Part shown: one piece after another, positions 14,377 to 16,343 of the stretch
How positions within the stretch are numbered: position 1 is the first letter of the stretch
Layout: every line of letters begins with the position of its first letter
Source: a bacterium
Lineage (GTDB): Bacteria; Hinthialibacterota; Hinthialibacteria; Hinthialibacterales; Hinthialibacteraceae
Direction: 5' to 3'
DNA: 16,343 nt
Assembly (NCBI GenBank): GCA_041946805.1
Contig: JBHGBC010000137.1
Location: 1-16,343, forward strand
Position numbers and translations under genes: made by a program
The notes under the pieces: generated by a model
The model's input: only the letters and a program-made list of their open reading frames with translations
Databases searched by the model: none
What the model was told of the DNA's origin: nothing

Positions 14377-16343
14377 ATGCAAGAGATGTGGCAAGTGGAT
14401 GAGGGGCCGGCCTGGCGCCGGCCTTTTGTGTTCCCCACGCTGGCGCGGGCCACGCGGCCGGGGCTGTGGGAATTGGTGGGGGCCTCGTGGCGGCAGGAGA
14501 ACCTGCTGGGTTCGTTGTTGGCCCAGGAGAATCTGCCGGCGCGGACCGATTGGGATTTCGACGCGTTTCCGTATATCCCGGCGGAATTGCGCAAGCCGGA
14601 GTATGCGCGGTATTACGCGCAGGCCGACTCACTGGAGGACGTGGAGGCGGTGACGCGGCAGATCCGGCGGGAGATGGCGGACCGGGAGACGCTGAGCCGC
14701 GGGGGCTGGACGGGGCTGGCGGTGAACCTGGTGGTGGGCGGCTTGCTGGATCCGTTGAACCTGGCGGCGCCCGGCCCGGCGCTTTACCGGGCGGGGACGA
14801 AGGGCGGGCAATTCTTATTGAACGCGATGAAGGTGGGCGGGTACACGGCGGGATCGATCGCGGCCACGGAGATGGGCCTGCACGCCACGCAAATCACGCG
14901 GACGCCGGAGGAGAGCCTGGCGGCGATCGGCGGGGGGACGATTTTGGGCGGGCTGCTGGGCGGGGCGGTATCGATGCTGGGAGTCAAGGAGTTCGACCGC
15001 GTGGGGAAGTCGGTCAAGCAGGACCTGCTCACGATCCGCGGGGGGCGGGTTCCGCGAGAGTTGTTGGGCGAGGGGAAGCCGATGACCGCGCGGGAGGCGC
15101 TGGACGAGGCGCTGCGGGTGGGGATGATCGACCAGGGTACCTACCGGCAGGCGGTCCAGATGGTGGAGTTGGATCCGAATCTGGACCGGAACACGATGAT
15201 CGAATTGGCGGCGGCGGCGCGGAAGACGTCCGAGAAGATCGCGGCCGAGCAAGGGAAGGCGGGGTATATCGTGGGGGAAACGATCACGGAGGGGATGGAC
15301 ACGGGATTCGCGTGGACGACGATCCGGCTGTACCGGGGGGCGGACGCGGACACCGTGGTGGAGGAATGGTTCCACCGGTTCTGGGATCAGTATCTGACGG
15401 TGGAAGAACGGCGGATGTACGAGGCTTACCATAAGGCCAGCGGGGACCTGCGGCCGGCGCATGAGCACTACGCGCAGGAAGGGCGGGATGTTTTCTATTC
15501 GGAGAAAGCGCACGAGGCGGCCGGGCCGATCCGGTCGTTGTTCACGAAGGCCCGGAAAACCCTGCTGGATTTGATCGGGCGGATCCGGAAGGTCCGCGGG
15601 CAGCAGATCCCCGATAAGATCATGGAGGTTTACCAGCGGGCCTGGATGCCGGTGGAACGAGCGGGGGAGCCGCGGGCGCCGGGGAAGATCACGGGAAAAG
15701 CGGAAGACCTCTTTCGCGGTGAAGACCTGCGGGTGGAACTGGAGGCCAAAAGCAAATCGGAGATTGTGCGCCTGGCCAAGGCGGCCGGCATCCCGGTGGG
15801 GAAGCGGGGCCGGAAGGAACTGGTGGAGTTGTTGGTGGAGAAGGAGGTGGGGGGAAAATGGCCGGCGCTGGAGGAGGAGATTCCCTTGACGGAGGGAATG
15901 CCGCCGCAGCCGGTCCGGCCGGCCGAGCCATCGGCACCCAAGCCAGTGGCACCGCCGGCGGAGAAACCGGTGGAGCCGGTGGAGGAGAAGTCGGCTGCCC
16001 CGGCGGAAGAGAAACCGGCGGAAGCGGAGGAGGTGGTGGGGGAGGATCCCATCGCCGCGGAGGTCTTGAGGCTGATTGATCGGAACGCGGAGAGAGTGGA
16101 ACAAACGGGCAAGGGGGAGGCCATCCGGCAATTGCGGCAGGAGGGATTGAGCATCGAGGATATCGCGGATCGAGTGGAGACGGCGCCCAGCTGGGTGTTG
16201 GCCGTTTTGGCGAAGGAGGGGGACCCGGGGGAGGATGTGGCGCAAGGCCTGTTCGATTGGTACGCCTGGGTGGAGAAGGAGATGGGGCCGGCGGATAAGG
16301 CGGCCGGCGGGACGAACGTCGGGTATCAGATCCGGGAGGGGGA
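14377..16343 (+). CDS. Large internal virion/ejection protein (gp16-like position) with polyvalent-protein features; runs off the window (at least 655 aa) and is absent from the ORF track
   Basis: Hand translation from ATG 14377 has no stop: MQEMWQ...GASWRQENLLGS...DFDAFPY...ADSLEDVEAVTRQIRREMADRETLSRGGWTG...GGLLDPLNL...TRTPEESLAAIGGGTILGGLLGG...GADADTVVEEWFH...HEHYAQE. AAGGAG lies at 14360-14365. Confidence 0.85.
   Translation, partial: MQEMWQVDEGPAWRRPFVFPTLARATRPGLWELVGASWRQENLLGSLLAQENLPARTDWDFDAFPYIPAELRKPEYARYYAQADSLEDVEAVTRQIRREMADRETLSRGGWTGLAVNLVVGGLLDPLNLAAPGPALYRAGTKGGQFLLNAMKVGGYTAGSIAATEMGLHATQITRTPEESLAAIGGGTILGGLLGGAVSMLGVKEFDRVGKSVKQDLLTIRGGRVPRELLGEGKPMTAREALDEALRVGMIDQGTYRQAVQMVELDPNLDRNTMIELAAAARKTSEKIAAEQGKAGYIVGETITEGMDTGFAWTTIRLYRGADADTVVEEWFHRFWDQYLTVEERRMYEAYHKASGDLRPAHEHYAQEGRDVFYSEKAHEAAGPIRSLFTKARKTLLDLIGRIRKVRGQQIPDKIMEVYQRAWMPVERAGEPRAPGKITGKAEDLFRGEDLRVELEAKSKSEIVRLAKAAGIPVGKRGRKELVELLVEKEVGGKWPALEEEIPLTEGMPPQPVRPAEPSAPKPVAPPAEKPVEPVEEKSAAPAEEKPAEAEEVVGEDPIAAEVLRLIDRNAERVEQTGKGEAIRQLRQEGLSIEDIADRVETAPSWVLAVLAKEGDPGEDVAQGLFDWYAWVEKEMGPADKAAGGTNVGYQIREG

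Larger units (their letters stand above)
8154..16343. mobile_element. tRNA-Ala-integrated prophage (podovirus-like virion module), probably defective or deleted; continues past the window end
   Basis: An AT-rich segment directly after the tRNA, then a tyrosine integrase, TA cargo and a T7/P22-like ordered run of tail and internal-virion genes. The second att copy is not in the window. Confidence 0.8.

Noticed and set aside
14466..16245. Track ORFs 14466..15434 (+), 14815..16245 (-) and smaller overlaps
   Set aside because: Alternative-frame or antisense shadows of the uninterrupted ORF starting at 14377.

Overview
GC-rich bacterial chromosomal window with two halves. 1-8153 is host DNA: the 3' end of a secreted Fn3-like/PTPTP/dockerin-like protein (with an out-of-place ABC Walker A at bases 1-60), an M20 ArgE/DapE-family hydrolase, a YfhO-type membrane glycosyltransferase, a WcaJ/WbaP-type priming sugar transferase and tRNA-Ala(GGC). 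Mosaics of several REP-like repeat families fill the intergenic gaps. From about 8154 to the window end is a tRNA-anchored prophage-like element: tyrosine integrase, a minus-strand [truncated ORF]-antitoxin-VapC operon, an abrupt back-to-back junction of two 5'-truncated genes at about 10400 (probable large deletion or misassembly), then a podovirus-type virion module (tail tube B/nozzle remnant, gp13-like GNAT, gp14-like, gp15-like split by a -1 frameshift at T4A7, an intercalated ssb, and a gp16-like polyvalent ejection protein at 14377->16343 that the ORF track misses). The most striking element is a solitary CRISPR-repeat-like 38-mer (GT...hairpin...GGATTGAAAC) that exactly fills the gap between the ssb stop and the gp16-like ATG and buries that gene's Shine-Dalgarno sequence in its stem. 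All family assignments come from motif recognition by eye; no searches were run.
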